From: Calditrichales bacterium | Lineage (GTDB): Bacteria; Calditrichota; Calditrichia; Calditrichales; J004 | Reading direction: 5' to 3' | Assembly: GCA_965267575.1 (NCBI GenBank) | Contig: OZ254086.1 | Location: forward strand, 3,008,001 to 3,072,000 | DNA length: 64,000 nt | Part shown: in pieces, positions 20,530-30,395 of the stretch | How positions within the stretch are numbered: position 1 is the first letter of the stretch | How the letters are laid out: every line of letters begins with the position of its first letter | Translations under genes and position numbers: made by a program | The notes under the pieces: generated by a model | What the model was told of the DNA's origin: nothing | The model's input: the letters and a program-made list of their open reading frames with translations, nothing else | The model's database searches: none

Positions 20530-21377
20530 GAGGTTGCTTCTGCGTTTTCTTGCAGGGCGATTGTTGTTTTATTGTTTAAGCGAGCAGTACTCTGAGGATC
20601 ATGCGTGGGCAGATAAACGGTCGGTCGTGATTGGGCCATGGTAATTATGCGTTCGATTGTGTCCAGGGTTACGGACGCTTTGGGTGAAACACCGTCGGGT
20701 TGTCGGTTTAAAAGCAGGCCTTCATCATAGCTGGTATCACCGGCGAGAAAATAGCACACGTCTTCATGTTCAACGACAACCGAAATATGCCCGGGTGTGT
20801 GACCGGGTGTCGGGACGATCCTGATATCCCCCTTTTCGGTCAGCGTGTGTGACGTATCAAAAGAGGCATAGGCCCCGCCATCAAAGCTGATCGTTTGCGG
20901 TTTGAACCACGAAGGCCAGTGCTGCGGTAGATAGCCGCGCATTTTTCCGCCAAAACCATGGGCTATTTTCAGTTCTTTTGGTGAAACGAGAATATCTGTC
21001 TCCGGAAAATGTGGCAACCCGCCGGCATGATCTGTATGGAAGTGGGTGAGGATCAGAGTTCTTATATCACCAGGCTTAATACCCATTTTTTGAAGCTGCG
21101 GACCGATTTCCTGTTCGGGCGTAATGTCCATTTGCAGCGAGCCGCGGTAGTATGGGTGCCATGAAGGAAAGTAGCCCGGTTCCAGCGTTCTGGCGGTATC
21201 ACCCGTGTCAACAACAAAGATGCCTTCGGGATGATCAATAACCCACACGAAAATGGGCAGCCATTCCGTCCATTCGTTATCGCTAAGTATGCGAACAAGC
21301 CCGCCGGGTTTGCGCACCCTTTGGGCTTTTTTAATCTTAACCAAACCCGTTTGAACGGCCTGAATTGTCAAAGACAT
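20526..21377 (-). CDS. N-acyl homoserine lactonase-like metallo-beta-lactamase fold hydrolase
   Basis: THFHTDHAGG, PGHTPGH, LAGD, PTHDP. Confidence 0.85.
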   Translation of the reverse strand: MSLTIQAVQTGLVKIKKAQRVRKPGGLVRILSDNEWTEWLPIFVWVIDHPEGIFVVDTGDTARTLEPGYFPSWHPYYRGSLQMDITPEQEIGPQLQKMGIKPGDIRTLILTHFHTDHAGGLPHFPETDILVSPKELKIAHGFGGKMRGYLPQHWPSWFKPQTISFDGGAYASFDTSHTLTEKGDIRIVPTPGHTPGHISVVVEHEDVCYFLAGDTSYDEGLLLNRQPDGVSPKASVTLDTIERIITMAQSRPTVYLPTHDPQSTARLNNKTTIALQENAEATS

Positions 21378-21465
21378 AATACCCCCTCTATTTTAGATTT
21401 CGGTGATTTCCTTTCAATTGGTTTACGATGTAATCTTAAGGTATAAGTGTAGAAAAATCAAAAAG

Positions 21466-21681
21466 TTAAAGACTTTTAGTTAGCTTGTAGGCAAGGTTGA
21501 CCAAGACTAACATAAAAATAAATGCAGAAATCAGAATGCCTGGCCGTAGCTTCCACGGCAACCGCTTGTGAAAGCTACTTAACGCCCAGATCGGGTATGG
21601 AGCGCCCAAGGCCAAAACCAGTTGAAACGGGGCCATAGCCGCAAAAACAACAATTGCAATCCAGCCCGCACGCCCGTACAA
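21466..21681 (-). pseudogene. Short, probably truncated membrane protein gene
   Basis: FQLVLALGAP...LPWKLR resembles a family of longer membrane proteins; only 71 aa, TTG start, no clear RBS. Confidence 0.35.
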
Positions 21682-21719
21682 AACGGACTTTCTTTAAGCC
21701 TTCGCCCGGTCAACGCCGG

Positions 21720-22262
21720 TTATTTGCCGGTCATTTTGTAGAGCTTGTTTACCGTCTTCCAGTTACGCGTGGTGGCCGGCGTTTTCAGTTTGCGCTCTAC
21801 AAAGGAATTGGAATATTTAGTGCGGCCGTAACCGTCGGGACAAAAGAAATAGATTTCGCTTTCGCCGGGCTCGAACTCATCGTTGCCGGCATCGGCGATG
21901 TTCAGCGCGCTGATGGCCGAGAGCGTGGGCATGATCTTGAGAAAAGTGACGTGCAGCTTCGACGGGTCTTCATTGCGTTCGTGGACAAACGCGTTGCGGG
22001 CAATTAATTTACGGAAGTTTTCGGCGGCACGGACAAACACGACTACATCAAATTCATACACATCGCGGATCTTTTGTTCAATCTGGCCGGCCAGTTTTTC
22101 GCCGTTTGTTTCGCTGCTTTCAAACAGCACGTTGCCGCTTTGTATATAAGATCGCACATTACCATAGCCCAGTTCCTCGTACAGCTGTCGTAAATCGGCC
22201 ATTCGGATTTTCTTTTGCCCGCTTACGTTGATTCCCCGCAGCAGTGAGATATAGGTGGTCAT
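21720..22262 (-). CDS. DUF1697 family protein
   Basis: YISLLRGINVSG, SYIQSGNV, TTRNWKTV. Confidence 0.92.
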   Translation of the reverse strand: MTTYISLLRGINVSGQKKIRMADLRQLYEELGYGNVRSYIQSGNVLFESSETNGEKLAGQIEQKIRDVYEFDVVVFVRAAENFRKLIARNAFVHERNEDPSKLHVTFLKIMPTLSAISALNIADAGNDEFEPGESEIYFFCPDGYGRTKYSNSFVERKLKTPATTRNWKTVNKLYKMTGK

Positions 22263-22376
22263 TGTAAATCGATCCTCCTGGATTAAGTTATCGACGAGGG
22301 GAGCATTCTTTCTTAACCCGCCGGGTAGCATCGGCACAAGATAGATAATAAGCCTGTTTCATAAAAGGGAGCCGCA

Positions 22377-22682
22377 ATGTCTTTCACAATCAAGTCCTGG
22401 CAGGTCTATGCCTTTATCGCCTTTTGGGCCATAACGGACCGGTTGCGCGAACTGCCGCTGTTTTGGGTGGAAGAGACCTGGATTACATGCCAATGGTTTC
22501 TGACGACAAACGGGCCGGAGTGGCTGTGGGTTTTTGCCGACGGCTATCATTTTTTTAAGTGGATCGCCGTGGTGGTCTTGTGTGTGCTGCTGACGCGCAA
22601 GTTTTTGCCGACTGTCGTCTTGCTGGTCATCTGGTTTATGGTGCAGGTAGCGGGGCAGATTGCATTGACCTGGGGCAGCTAA
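22377..22682 (+). CDS. Hypothetical Trp-rich membrane protein
   Basis: 101 aa, hydrophobic, DGYHFFK; RBS GGGAG. Confidence 0.6.
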   Translation: MSFTIKSWQVYAFIAFWAITDRLRELPLFWVEETWITCQWFLTTNGPEWLWVFADGYHFFKWIAVVVLCVLLTRKFLPTVVLLVIWFMVQVAGQIALTWGS

Positions 22683-23107
22683 GCATTCCGCTTAAACCAG
22701 CTTTTGTATAAAAAGAGGCGCGGGAAGAAAGCCAGGTACAGAAAAGGATAAAGCAGCAGGTCGCTCAGGAAGAAGCCGCTTGAATAGCGCATATCATCGA
22801 TGATCACGCTGCCCGACCCGCGTTTCTCGACAATATGCCTGTGTTCCCACGTTTTTAGCAGAAACGGCAGTTTTTTGCCCCGATCTACAAAATAGGATTG
22901 TTTTTCGTCTTCGCCGTGGTCAACGATTTCACTGATCCACAGAAAAGGTCCCAAACGCAGGTGTACTTCATCGCCCGTCCGCGAGCCGTCAAAACGCAGC
23001 AGCCTGGAAAAAGGCGGCAGCAGGTATAAAAAAAGATCGCGGTCAAAACCGTCAAAAACCTCATTGTACGGTAAACCGAGTTTACACTCAAGGCGTATGC
23101 GCATCAT
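22679..23107 (-). CDS. SRPBCC-like protein
   Basis: FDRDLF..LLPP, YFVDRG..LPFLL..WEHRH; coupled to the photolyase gene. Confidence 0.8.
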   Translation of the reverse strand: MMRIRLECKLGLPYNEVFDGFDRDLFLYLLPPFSRLLRFDGSRTGDEVHLRLGPFLWISEIVDHGEDEKQSYFVDRGKKLPFLLKTWEHRHIVEKRGSGSVIIDDMRYSSGFFLSDLLLYPFLYLAFFPRLFLYKSWFKRNA

Positions 23108-24636
23108 AAGTTGTCCAGATTTTTGAGATACTCACCGGCCTGTTCGCTTATTGCTTTTTTTGTATTTTCATCCATGCGGGAGAGATTCCGGTAGGCCATA
23201 CCAATACGCGGATTGTTGCCAAGCTTGTCTTCGTGACGCATGTAGAAATTCCAATAAAGGCTGTTAAAGGGGCAGGCCTTGTCGCCCGTTCGTTTGCTGC
23301 GGCTGTAAAAGCAATCATCACAATAATCGCTCATTTTGTTGATGTAATTGGCGGAAGAGACATACGGCTTTGTACCTACAATGCCGCCATCGGCAAACTG
23401 GCTCATGCCCCGCGTGTTGGTGATTTCCACCCACTCAACGGCGTCAATATAAATGCCCAGGTACCAGGCATCCACTTCACGCGGATCGATGCCGGCCAGC
23501 AGGGCGAAGTTGCCGGTAACCATCAGCCGCTGGATGTGATGAGCCCAGGCCGTTTCCAGCGACTGCCTGATCGCGTGGTGCAGGCAATTCATCCTCGTGT
23601 CGCCTGTCCAGTACCATTCGGGTAACTTGCGTTGGTGTTGCAGGTAGTTTTTGTGGGCAAAGTCCGGCATGTATGCCCAGTAAATACCACGCATAAATTC
23701 ACGCCACCCGATCACCTGACGAACAAATCCCTCAATCTGCTGAAAGGCGATTTTATTTTTGTTCTTTTGCCAGGCGTCAATCGTTTTCTCCACCACTTCC
23801 ATGGGGTGCAGCATTTTTGTGTTGAGGGCAAAACTAAGCCGCGAATGGAACAGAGTTTCATGGCGCGTGGTCATGGCATCCTGGTAAGTGCCGAAGTGCG
23901 GGAGAAGGTTGTTGCAAAAATAGTCCAGTAATTTCAGGGCTTCGCGGCGTGTTAAGGGCCACGGGACTTTTTTGGGGTTGGCTGTGCCGATTGTTTCCAC
24001 GCCTGCCAGCTCCAGCATTGCCGCCAGCCCGCTGAGATCGTGATCAAATGTGAGCGGTGGAGGAAGTGTCGTGTCCTTTTTCAGCGGCTTGCGGTTCTCC
24101 TTGTCGTAATTCCATTTTCCCGTGAGCGGCTTGTCGCCTTCCATCAGAATTTTGTGTGTGCGACGCATGTCTCGGTAAAACGACTCCATCAATGGCGATT
24201 TCTTGTCTTTAAAGAATTTCTTCAAATCTCCCCTCCCGCTGATGAAATGTTCGGAGGAGACCATGGCCGTATCGATCTCCAGATTGTCGCACAAATCGGC
24301 CAGTTGCTGGTCCAGGCGGTATTCATCCGGCTCCATGTATTCAAACTTTTTGAAGCCTTTGTCTTTGATCAGGCGTTTTAGGTTCGTGCCAATATTCTGG
24401 TGATTGGTTTTATCGTCAAGTGCTAAATAGAGCACCTTATGCCCCTTCTTTTCAAGCCAATCGGCGAAAGCGCGCATGGCGCCAAAAAAGGCCAACACCT
24501 TCTGGATATGGTGGCGCACATAATCCGTTTCCTGGCGCAGCTCCATCATTACGTACGTGATGCCGTGATCCCTTTTGCCAAACCAGCTATGCCTGTTATT
24601 AAGCTGATCGCCCAAAATCAATCGCAGGATTTTCAT
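23104..24636 (-). CDS. FeS-BCP cryptochrome/(6-4) photolyase (Agrobacterium PhrB/CryB type)
   Basis: LILGDQL, HHIQK, WNYDKENR, HHIQRLMV; four Fe-S cysteines (MNCL, YCDDC, ACPF). Confidence 0.92.
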   Translation of the reverse strand: MKILRLILGDQLNNRHSWFGKRDHGITYVMMELRQETDYVRHHIQKVLAFFGAMRAFADWLEKKGHKVLYLALDDKTNHQNIGTNLKRLIKDKGFKKFEYMEPDEYRLDQQLADLCDNLEIDTAMVSSEHFISGRGDLKKFFKDKKSPLMESFYRDMRRTHKILMEGDKPLTGKWNYDKENRKPLKKDTTLPPPLTFDHDLSGLAAMLELAGVETIGTANPKKVPWPLTRREALKLLDYFCNNLLPHFGTYQDAMTTRHETLFHSRLSFALNTKMLHPMEVVEKTIDAWQKNKNKIAFQQIEGFVRQVIGWREFMRGIYWAYMPDFAHKNYLQHQRKLPEWYWTGDTRMNCLHHAIRQSLETAWAHHIQRLMVTGNFALLAGIDPREVDAWYLGIYIDAVEWVEITNTRGMSQFADGGIVGTKPYVSSANYINKMSDYCDDCFYSRSKRTGDKACPFNSLYWNFYMRHEDKLGNNPRIGMAYRNLSRMDENTKKAISEQAGEYLKNLDNL

Positions 24637-24729
24637 CGCTTTTTCTCTTTTTTCATTGCAAGGGCCGAAAAATATTTCGAATATGTGTTCGTCGTTGTTT
24701 GCTTTTTAAGCCTAAAGCGAGGACCCGTT

Positions 24730-24930
24730 ATGACAGAAGATATCCTCTTTTATTGCCCCTACTGCGGAGAGGAGCAGGTTATTGAAGTGAGCGCCGATAT
24801 GCTGGAAAGCACCCATTTTATACAGGATTGCGACGTCTGCTGCCGGCCCATAGAAATACGCCTGTACCGCGATCCCGAAGGCGCCGTCTACGCCGATGTT
24901 AGTTCTGAAGATGGAGATGCCGGCTATTAG
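24730..24930 (+). CDS. CPXCG motif cysteine-rich protein
   Basis: CPYCGE...QDCDVCCRPI; RBS GAGG before ATG 24730. Confidence 0.88.
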   Translation: MTEDILFYCPYCGEEQVIEVSADMLESTHFIQDCDVCCRPIEIRLYRDPEGAVYADVSSEDGDAGY

Positions 24931-26243
24931 TTTTTCTCTTTAACGGCGGCGTTAAAAACACTCAGCGCCCGTTCCCTGGCAAATTTATGCTCCACCATTG
25001 GGTCGGGGTAATCTCCACTTTCCATTTCTTTTACCCAGTTTTGAACGTATTCGTTTTTGGGATCAAATTTTTCAGCCTGCGTCCAGGGGTTAAAAATGCG
25101 GAAGTAAGGTGCCGCATCACAGCCGCAGCCTGCCGCCCACTGCCAGTTGCCGTTGTTGGATGCCAGTTCGTAATCCAGCAGTTTGCGGGCAAAATAGCGC
25201 TCACCCCAGCGCCAGTCTATCAGCAGGTGCTTGGTTAAAAAACTTGCCGTAATCATACGCACGCGATTGTGCATAAACCCGGTTTCGTTCAGTTGGCGCA
25301 TGCCGGCATCCACGATCGGGTAGCCCGTTTTGCCGTCGCACCAGCGCTGGAAATCTTCTTCATCGTCACGCCAGTTGATGCCCTGGTATTTCTCACGAAA
25401 CGGCTTGTTTACTACATAAGGATAGTGGTACAGGATCATCATGAAAAACTCGCGCCAGATCAGCTCACTTAGCCAGGTATCATTCAATTCCTGAGCTTTA
25501 CGTACCATTTCCCGGATACTCACCGTGCCGAAGCGCAGGTGCAGACCGATATGCGTCGTGCCTTTTATGTCCGGCCGGTTGCGTTGCTCATCATACTTTT
25601 TGATGATTTTTTCGTCAGGCCGCGCCGCAGGAAAATCAAACGGACTTTCACTAAAGCCCATCTGCTCCAGCGTTGGGGTCTCCGGAAATTTCTGCTTTAT
25701 GATATTTTCCAGGTTCTGTTCGCTGGAGAAAGGCTTCAGGTCTGCCGCCCGCAGTTTGTTCTCCCAGCTTTTGCGGTAGGGCGTATAAACTGTGTAGGGT
25801 TTTCCCTGTCCTGTCAGTATTTCGCTTTTTTCAAAAATAACCTGGTCTTTGAAGGTGTGAAATGCGGCCCCTTTTTCAAGGCACAGTTGTTTTATCCGAG
25901 CGTCGCGCTTTATGGCGTAAGGCTCATAATCATGGTTGGTAAAAACCGCGCGGATATTGTATTCGTTCAACAAATCGCGCCAGACGTTTTCAGGCGTACC
26001 GTAACGCACAAGCAAATCGCGGCCCTCTTTGCGCAGGTCGTCTCGCATTTTTTCAACGGTTTGGTGTATAAAGAGTACACGTTTGTCATCGCGCTCTTGC
26101 AGGTCTTTGAGTATGTCGTAATCAAAAATAAACAGGGGAATCACAGGCAGATTGCTTTTCAGGGCGCGGTAAAGTCCGTGGTTGTCAAACAGCCGCAAAT
26201 CGCGCCGGAACCAGAATACGGAGTGGTATGTCGGATTGCTCAT
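24927..26243 (-). CDS. phr: Deoxyribodipyrimidine (CPD) photolyase
   Basis: WFRRDLRLFDN, GYPIVDAGMRQL, MHNRVRM, NNGNWQW, RIFNP. Confidence 0.95.
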   Translation of the reverse strand: MSNPTYHSVFWFRRDLRLFDNHGLYRALKSNLPVIPLFIFDYDILKDLQERDDKRVLFIHQTVEKMRDDLRKEGRDLLVRYGTPENVWRDLLNEYNIRAVFTNHDYEPYAIKRDARIKQLCLEKGAAFHTFKDQVIFEKSEILTGQGKPYTVYTPYRKSWENKLRAADLKPFSSEQNLENIIKQKFPETPTLEQMGFSESPFDFPAARPDEKIIKKYDEQRNRPDIKGTTHIGLHLRFGTVSIREMVRKAQELNDTWLSELIWREFFMMILYHYPYVVNKPFREKYQGINWRDDEEDFQRWCDGKTGYPIVDAGMRQLNETGFMHNRVRMITASFLTKHLLIDWRWGERYFARKLLDYELASNNGNWQWAAGCGCDAAPYFRIFNPWTQAEKFDPKNEYVQNWVKEMESGDYPDPMVEHKFARERALSVFNAAVKEKN

Positions 26244-26362
26244 AAGCTTTTTTGGCGTTGTCTAACCGCGGAGCAATCTAAATATTCCATCAACGGCACG
26301 CCAATTCCATATTCGTGTTGGGGATGATGTCATAAGCGAGTTAAGAAAAATCGTTCGCGCAA

Positions 26363-26851
26363 CTATCGCTGCAGTTCCGCCAGCAGGTCTTCCAAATCCA
26401 GACGTCGAGTGTACATATTCAGCGAGCCGTCGCTGTTGCGCGGCCATTTCTCCGGCGGTCTGTCACAATATAACTCAACGCCGTTTTTATCAGGGTCATC
26501 CAAATACAGCGCTTCGGAGACGCCATGATCAGAGGCGCCGGTCAAAGGATAATTTGCATCCAGAAGGCGTTTTAGAATAACAGCCAGGTCCTTGCGGGTG
26601 GGGTAGAGGATTGCTGTGTGAAAAAGCCCCGTGGCATTTTTGGCGGGCAGCGGACCGTTTTTGCTGAACCAGGTATTAAGCCCGATATGATGATGGTAGC
26701 CTCCGGCGGAGATAAATGCGGCGTCTTTGCCGTAGGTGGTCATCAGTTCGAAACCAAGTAAGTCACAATAAAACTCCAGCGCCCGCTGCAGGTCGGCCAC
26801 CTTTAGATGCACATGCCCGATGCGGGTTTGTGGTGGTATTTTGTAGGTCAT
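26363..26851 (-). CDS. VOC family protein (CatE-like)
   Basis: GHVHLKVADL, AGGYHHHIGLNTW, DHGVSEALYLDDPD. Confidence 0.9.
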   Translation of the reverse strand: MTYKIPPQTRIGHVHLKVADLQRALEFYCDLLGFELMTTYGKDAAFISAGGYHHHIGLNTWFSKNGPLPAKNATGLFHTAILYPTRKDLAVILKRLLDANYPLTGASDHGVSEALYLDDPDKNGVELYCDRPPEKWPRNSDGSLNMYTRRLDLEDLLAELQR

Positions 26852-26934
26852 GTCTAGAATTTGTTTTTAATGAAAAGTATTTTAACACCGATTATGGCGG
26901 GCAAAATTCCTTTAGTTTTTTGAAATGGCTTTAG

Positions 26935-27027
26935 CGAAATAGTATCGACCTGTGTTATATTATTACCGTATATGAGCCAGACAGAAAGGTCTGGGAGAGT
27001 GATTTTAAAACCAGGAGAAAAACATGA
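26935..27027 (+). pseudogene. 3' remnant of a DUF4258-like toxin gene
   Basis: Frame after TAG 26932-26934 reads RNSIDLCYIITVYEPDRKVWESDFKTRRKT*, no start codon; stop overlaps antitoxin ATG (ATGA). Confidence 0.7.
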
Positions 27028-27248
27028 ACTGTGTTATCTGTAAACAGGGCAGTACAAATCCCGGTCTCGTTACAGTAACGCTGCAACGGGGAACTACAAC
27101 GGTCATTTTCAAAGAAGTTCCGGCGGACGTATGTGAGAATTGCGGTGAATACTATTTGTTGGAGGAGATTACTGAAAAGTTACTTGAACGTGCAGAGGAA
27201 GCCGTATCCAAAGGCGCTGAAGTAGAAATTCTTAAATTTGCTGCATAA
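27024..27248 (+). CDS. YgiT/MqsA-type zinc-finger protein (antitoxin-like)
   Basis: CVIC...VPADVCENCGEYY; 74 aa. Confidence 0.88.
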   Translation: MNCVICKQGSTNPGLVTVTLQRGTTTVIFKEVPADVCENCGEYYLLEEITEKLLERAEEAVSKGAEVEILKFAA

Positions 27249-27439
27249 TGGCATACAAAATGAATTTACCCCATTTAAAAATTTGGTTGTCATTCGATTA
27301 GAAATTTTTAATTAAATCAACATGCTCATTTGGTTACGGGCTTATCAATATTTTTGTTATTGGTTTGATGATGGATTACGACTCATCAATAATAGCAAAA
27401 GGATTTCGAAAAGAACAGGTTTTGTTCCAAATAAATAAG

Positions 27440-28441
27440 CTATAATTCAAACATCTGGTAAACGTCACTAACCCCAAACCCCTTCTCCAAAACCGTGTTA
27501 TATTGAACGCTCTCCTCGTCCAACAGCGCATTGGTGTGGTTAAAATGGATAAAATGAATCTTCTTTTTGTCTGCCGCTGAGAGCGACTCAAACAAATCCA
27601 TGCTCTCTACCACAAAAGGGTGGGGTACCTGCGACATATCACGCAGGTTCAGTTCGTTTCCGTCAAAAAATGTGGCGTCGAGAAAGGCATAATCCACATT
27701 ACGGATCTCCTGTACGATGGAGCGCTCCCATTTTTCCCATTTGTCGATATCAGGGATAAACAGCGCCTTCTTGTTGGGGCCTTCAATGCGGTAGCCGACG
27801 GTCTCGGAATATTCATCGCGGTGCGGTACCGGCAGCGGCGTAACACGTATATTGGGAGAAAGCGCAATGCTGCTGTCGGCCTGGTGCGGCATCATGGCAA
27901 TGTTTTTCTTGCCGACAAGCTGGTCCCACGGACCGTTGTTTTCTAGAAACCGCTTCATACGTGGCATGGCGTATACCGGAACGGATGACGCATTCATTGA
28001 CTCAAAGCCCAGATACATCAGTCCGGCATAATGACCAATATGAGCGTGGGTAAGAAAAATAGCGGCCGGGGTTTGGGCTGCGTCGAACGGGGAGGCTTTA
28101 TGCAGCATTTTCATCTGTCGCGGCAGGTCGGGCGTGGCTTCAAACAGGGCATTCACTTCATACGCAGGATCTACAACACCTAAAGCAACCACCATACGGC
28201 CGGGATCGGGATTTTTGAACAGGCCGTCGCAACACGCCCCGGTGCATGCTGCATGCGGTGCTCCGGCATCCTGTAGTGTCCCCAGGACAATCAAAAAGGG
28301 TTGCTCTTTGTCTGCCGGCTTTTCGCTGCTCAAAGCACTGCCTCCAAGCAACAAAAGAATCGCAACAACCAGCCGGACGCTTTGCGCCTTAGAATTCCGC
28401 TTACTCTTTTTTATCCTGCTCTTCTTTCTGCACTTCTTCAA
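27440..28441 (-). CDS. MBL-fold metallo-hydrolase (PqqB-like), start uncertain
   Basis: LGTLQDAGAPH, THAHIGHY, VPHRDEYSET, IHFNHTN. Confidence 0.82.
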   Translation of the reverse strand: MKKCRKKSRIKKSKRNSKAQSVRLVVAILLLLGGSALSSEKPADKEQPFLIVLGTLQDAGAPHAACTGACCDGLFKNPDPGRMVVALGVVDPAYEVNALFEATPDLPRQMKMLHKASPFDAAQTPAAIFLTHAHIGHYAGLMYLGFESMNASSVPVYAMPRMKRFLENNGPWDQLVGKKNIAMMPHQADSSIALSPNIRVTPLPVPHRDEYSETVGYRIEGPNKKALFIPDIDKWEKWERSIVQEIRNVDYAFLDATFFDGNELNLRDMSQVPHPFVVESMDLFESLSAADKKKIHFIHFNHTNALLDEESVQYNTVLEKGFGVSDVYQMFEL

Positions 28442-28946
28442 ACTTAGCTTTGTCGATGCGGTAAAAAACTGTCAGCCGCTCGTTCTGCCGGCTGGTTTCT
28501 ACGTGACGCATGCGCAGGCGCTGGGCCACTTTGTGCGATGCGCTGTTTGGCTTGTCCATGGCCGCCAGCAGAAAGGGAAATTTAAGCGTGTTGAAAGCAT
28601 AGGCCATCACTTCGCGCGACGCTTCCGTGGCATAACCCTGCCCGGTAAATTCTTCTTTCAGCGCGTAAACCAGCTGCGGTAACGGCTCGTTAAAGAAAAA
28701 CCACAACCCGGCATAGCCGATCACATCGCCGCTTTCCTTTAAAACGATCTTCCAAAGACCGTAATTGCTCTCATTGAACAGTTCCTCGTTACGCTCCAGC
28801 ATTGACTCCGATTCTTCCGGATCGATTACTTCGTCGTCCCAAAGATATTTGCGTACAAATGCGTCGGTATTCATGGCGTGGAAAAGCGTCACGTCTTCCA
28901 GGGTCAAAGGCGCGAGATTTAAACGGTCGGTTTGTAATTCCATCAT
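28401..28946 (-). CDS. GNAT N-acetyltransferase (RimJ/RimL-like)
   Basis: LQTDRLNL, GQGYATEA, NSASHKV. Confidence 0.88.
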   Translation of the reverse strand: MMELQTDRLNLAPLTLEDVTLFHAMNTDAFVRKYLWDDEVIDPEESESMLERNEELFNESNYGLWKIVLKESGDVIGYAGLWFFFNEPLPQLVYALKEEFTGQGYATEASREVMAYAFNTLKFPFLLAAMDKPNSASHKVAQRLRMRHVETSRQNERLTVFYRIDKAKFEEVQKEEQDKKE

Positions 28947-29072
28947 GCTTTTGTCTTTTGTTTAGATTTAAATTGCCAATGCCAAATATAGTGTATAAAG
29001 GCATCTTCTTCGAGTGCAGCTACAATAGCGGTAAATTATGATATTTGAAGGAAAAAATCAGGTGGAGTCAAT

Positions 29073-29100
29073 AAAAAAAGGCCGTCCTTGTGGACGGCCT
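29073..29100 (-). terminator. Intrinsic terminator after yceI
   Basis: AGGCCGTCC/GGACGGCCT stem with T-tract on minus strand. Confidence 0.8.
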
Positions 29101-29124
29101 CTTATGCGGAGAGTATGAAACGAA

Positions 29125-29709
29125 CTATTTGTCTTTAACGAATTGGGCTTCGATAATAATTTCCACATCATCAGAAACGACTAATCCACCGCTGTCAAGC
29201 GTGTTATTCCAGCGCACATTGTAATCCTGGCGATTAATAGTGGTGCTGCCTTCGATACCGATGCGCGTATTGCCCCAGGGATCCTGTACAGGTCCGTTCA
29301 CAATAAAGGGCATTTCAACCTGACGCGTTACATCACGGATGGTCAGATTGCCGATGGCTTTATAGCCGTCTTCGGTTTTTTCTACTTTGTTGGCTACGAA
29401 TTTGATTTCCGGAAATTGCTCGGCATTAAAGAAATCATCACTGCGCAGGTGATCGTCGCGCTTTTGGTTGTCTGTATCAATGCTGGCCGTTTCAATATTG
29501 GCACTGGCCATAAAATCATTCAGATTGTTTTGGTCAAACTTAAGCGATGCGTCAAAGCCGTTAAATTTACCACGCACGGTTGTTACAACCATGTGTGTCA
29601 CTTTAAAGCCCACGCTGGTGTGCGACTTATCCACGGTGTAGGTGTCGGACGCAAATAGTTCAGTTGCGGCGAACACAATCAAAAATAAAACAAAAGAAAT
29701 ACGCTTCAT
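29125..29709 (-). CDS. YceI family protein
   Basis: Signal peptide, DKSHTSVGF, RDDHLRSDDFF, DPWGNTRIG. Confidence 0.93.
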   Translation of the reverse strand: MKRISFVLFLIVFAATELFASDTYTVDKSHTSVGFKVTHMVVTTVRGKFNGFDASLKFDQNNLNDFMASANIETASIDTDNQKRDDHLRSDDFFNAEQFPEIKFVANKVEKTEDGYKAIGNLTIRDVTRQVEMPFIVNGPVQDPWGNTRIGIEGSTTINRQDYNVRWNNTLDSGGLVVSDDVEIIIEAQFVKDK

Positions 29710-29778
29710 GATAAAGCCTCCTGTTGGTTTAGTTGTTTTTAGAAAAAAGTTAATAACCATATGTGCTGAAAAAACATT

Positions 29779-30240
29779 TCAATAGGTCTTCAAAATTTTT
29801 GCGCAAATTGCAATAAGCCGATCCATCTCTTCTTCACCCATAAAATCTTCAAACTCCTTCTGGAATTGCTTAACAGGCTGATCCAGCAGGGCCAGGCTTT
29901 GCAGGCCTTTTTCAGTTATCTGGGCCACGGAAAGGCGGCGATCGTTTTTGTCGCGCATGCGCCGCACATAGCCCATGCTGATAAGCCGATCCAGCAGGCG
30001 CGTAATATCCGGAGCCCGTTCTACCATGCGCAATTGTATCTCGCAGCGCGGATAGCCATCGGGTTGACCGCCACGCAGGATGCGCAGGATGTTAAACTGG
30101 GCAACGGAGAGACCATGGTCTTTGCATACCTGGTTCATTTGCTCGCGCAACAAGGAAGAAGCACTAAACAAATGCAATAATCCTGATTGACCCTTGCTTT
30201 CAAATTTGCTTTGCTTGATGCGCTCTTTCAGTTCCGACAT
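29779..30240 (-). CDS. MarR family transcriptional regulator
   Basis: QFNILRILRG, DITRLLDRL, DRR...ITEKG. Confidence 0.92.
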   Translation of the reverse strand: MSELKERIKQSKFESKGQSGLLHLFSASSLLREQMNQVCKDHGLSVAQFNILRILRGGQPDGYPRCEIQLRMVERAPDITRLLDRLISMGYVRRMRDKNDRRLSVAQITEKGLQSLALLDQPVKQFQKEFEDFMGEEEMDRLIAICAKILKTY

Positions 30241-30262
30241 GTTTTATCTCTTCCTTAGATGC

Positions 30263-30308
30263 GTGTTACAACACACAATATAATGGCAATATTTCCGTGT
30301 TGCAACAC
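30263..30308. promoter_or_regulatory. Two palindromic operators upstream of marR
   Basis: GTGTTACAACAC (30263-30274) and perfect GTGTTGCAACAC (30297-30308). Confidence 0.7.
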
Positions 30309-30395
30309 ATATTTTAAAAAAACTTGATCCTGATCCTGTTTAAAACTCTTACTTTATCATTAAAGGGGAAGGTGGTCGCCCTCAAAAAAAGTGTG

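Noticed and set aside
13027..22262. Integron cassette array
   Set aside because: No integrase and no recurring attC-like palindromes visible in the spacers; several genes overlap like operons
24439..24729. N-terminal extension of the CPXCG ORF
   Set aside because: Overlaps the photolyase on the other strand; RBS supports ATG 24730
27440..28441. PQQ biosynthesis locus
   Set aside because: Only a PqqB-like MBL fold; no pqqA/C/D/E nearby
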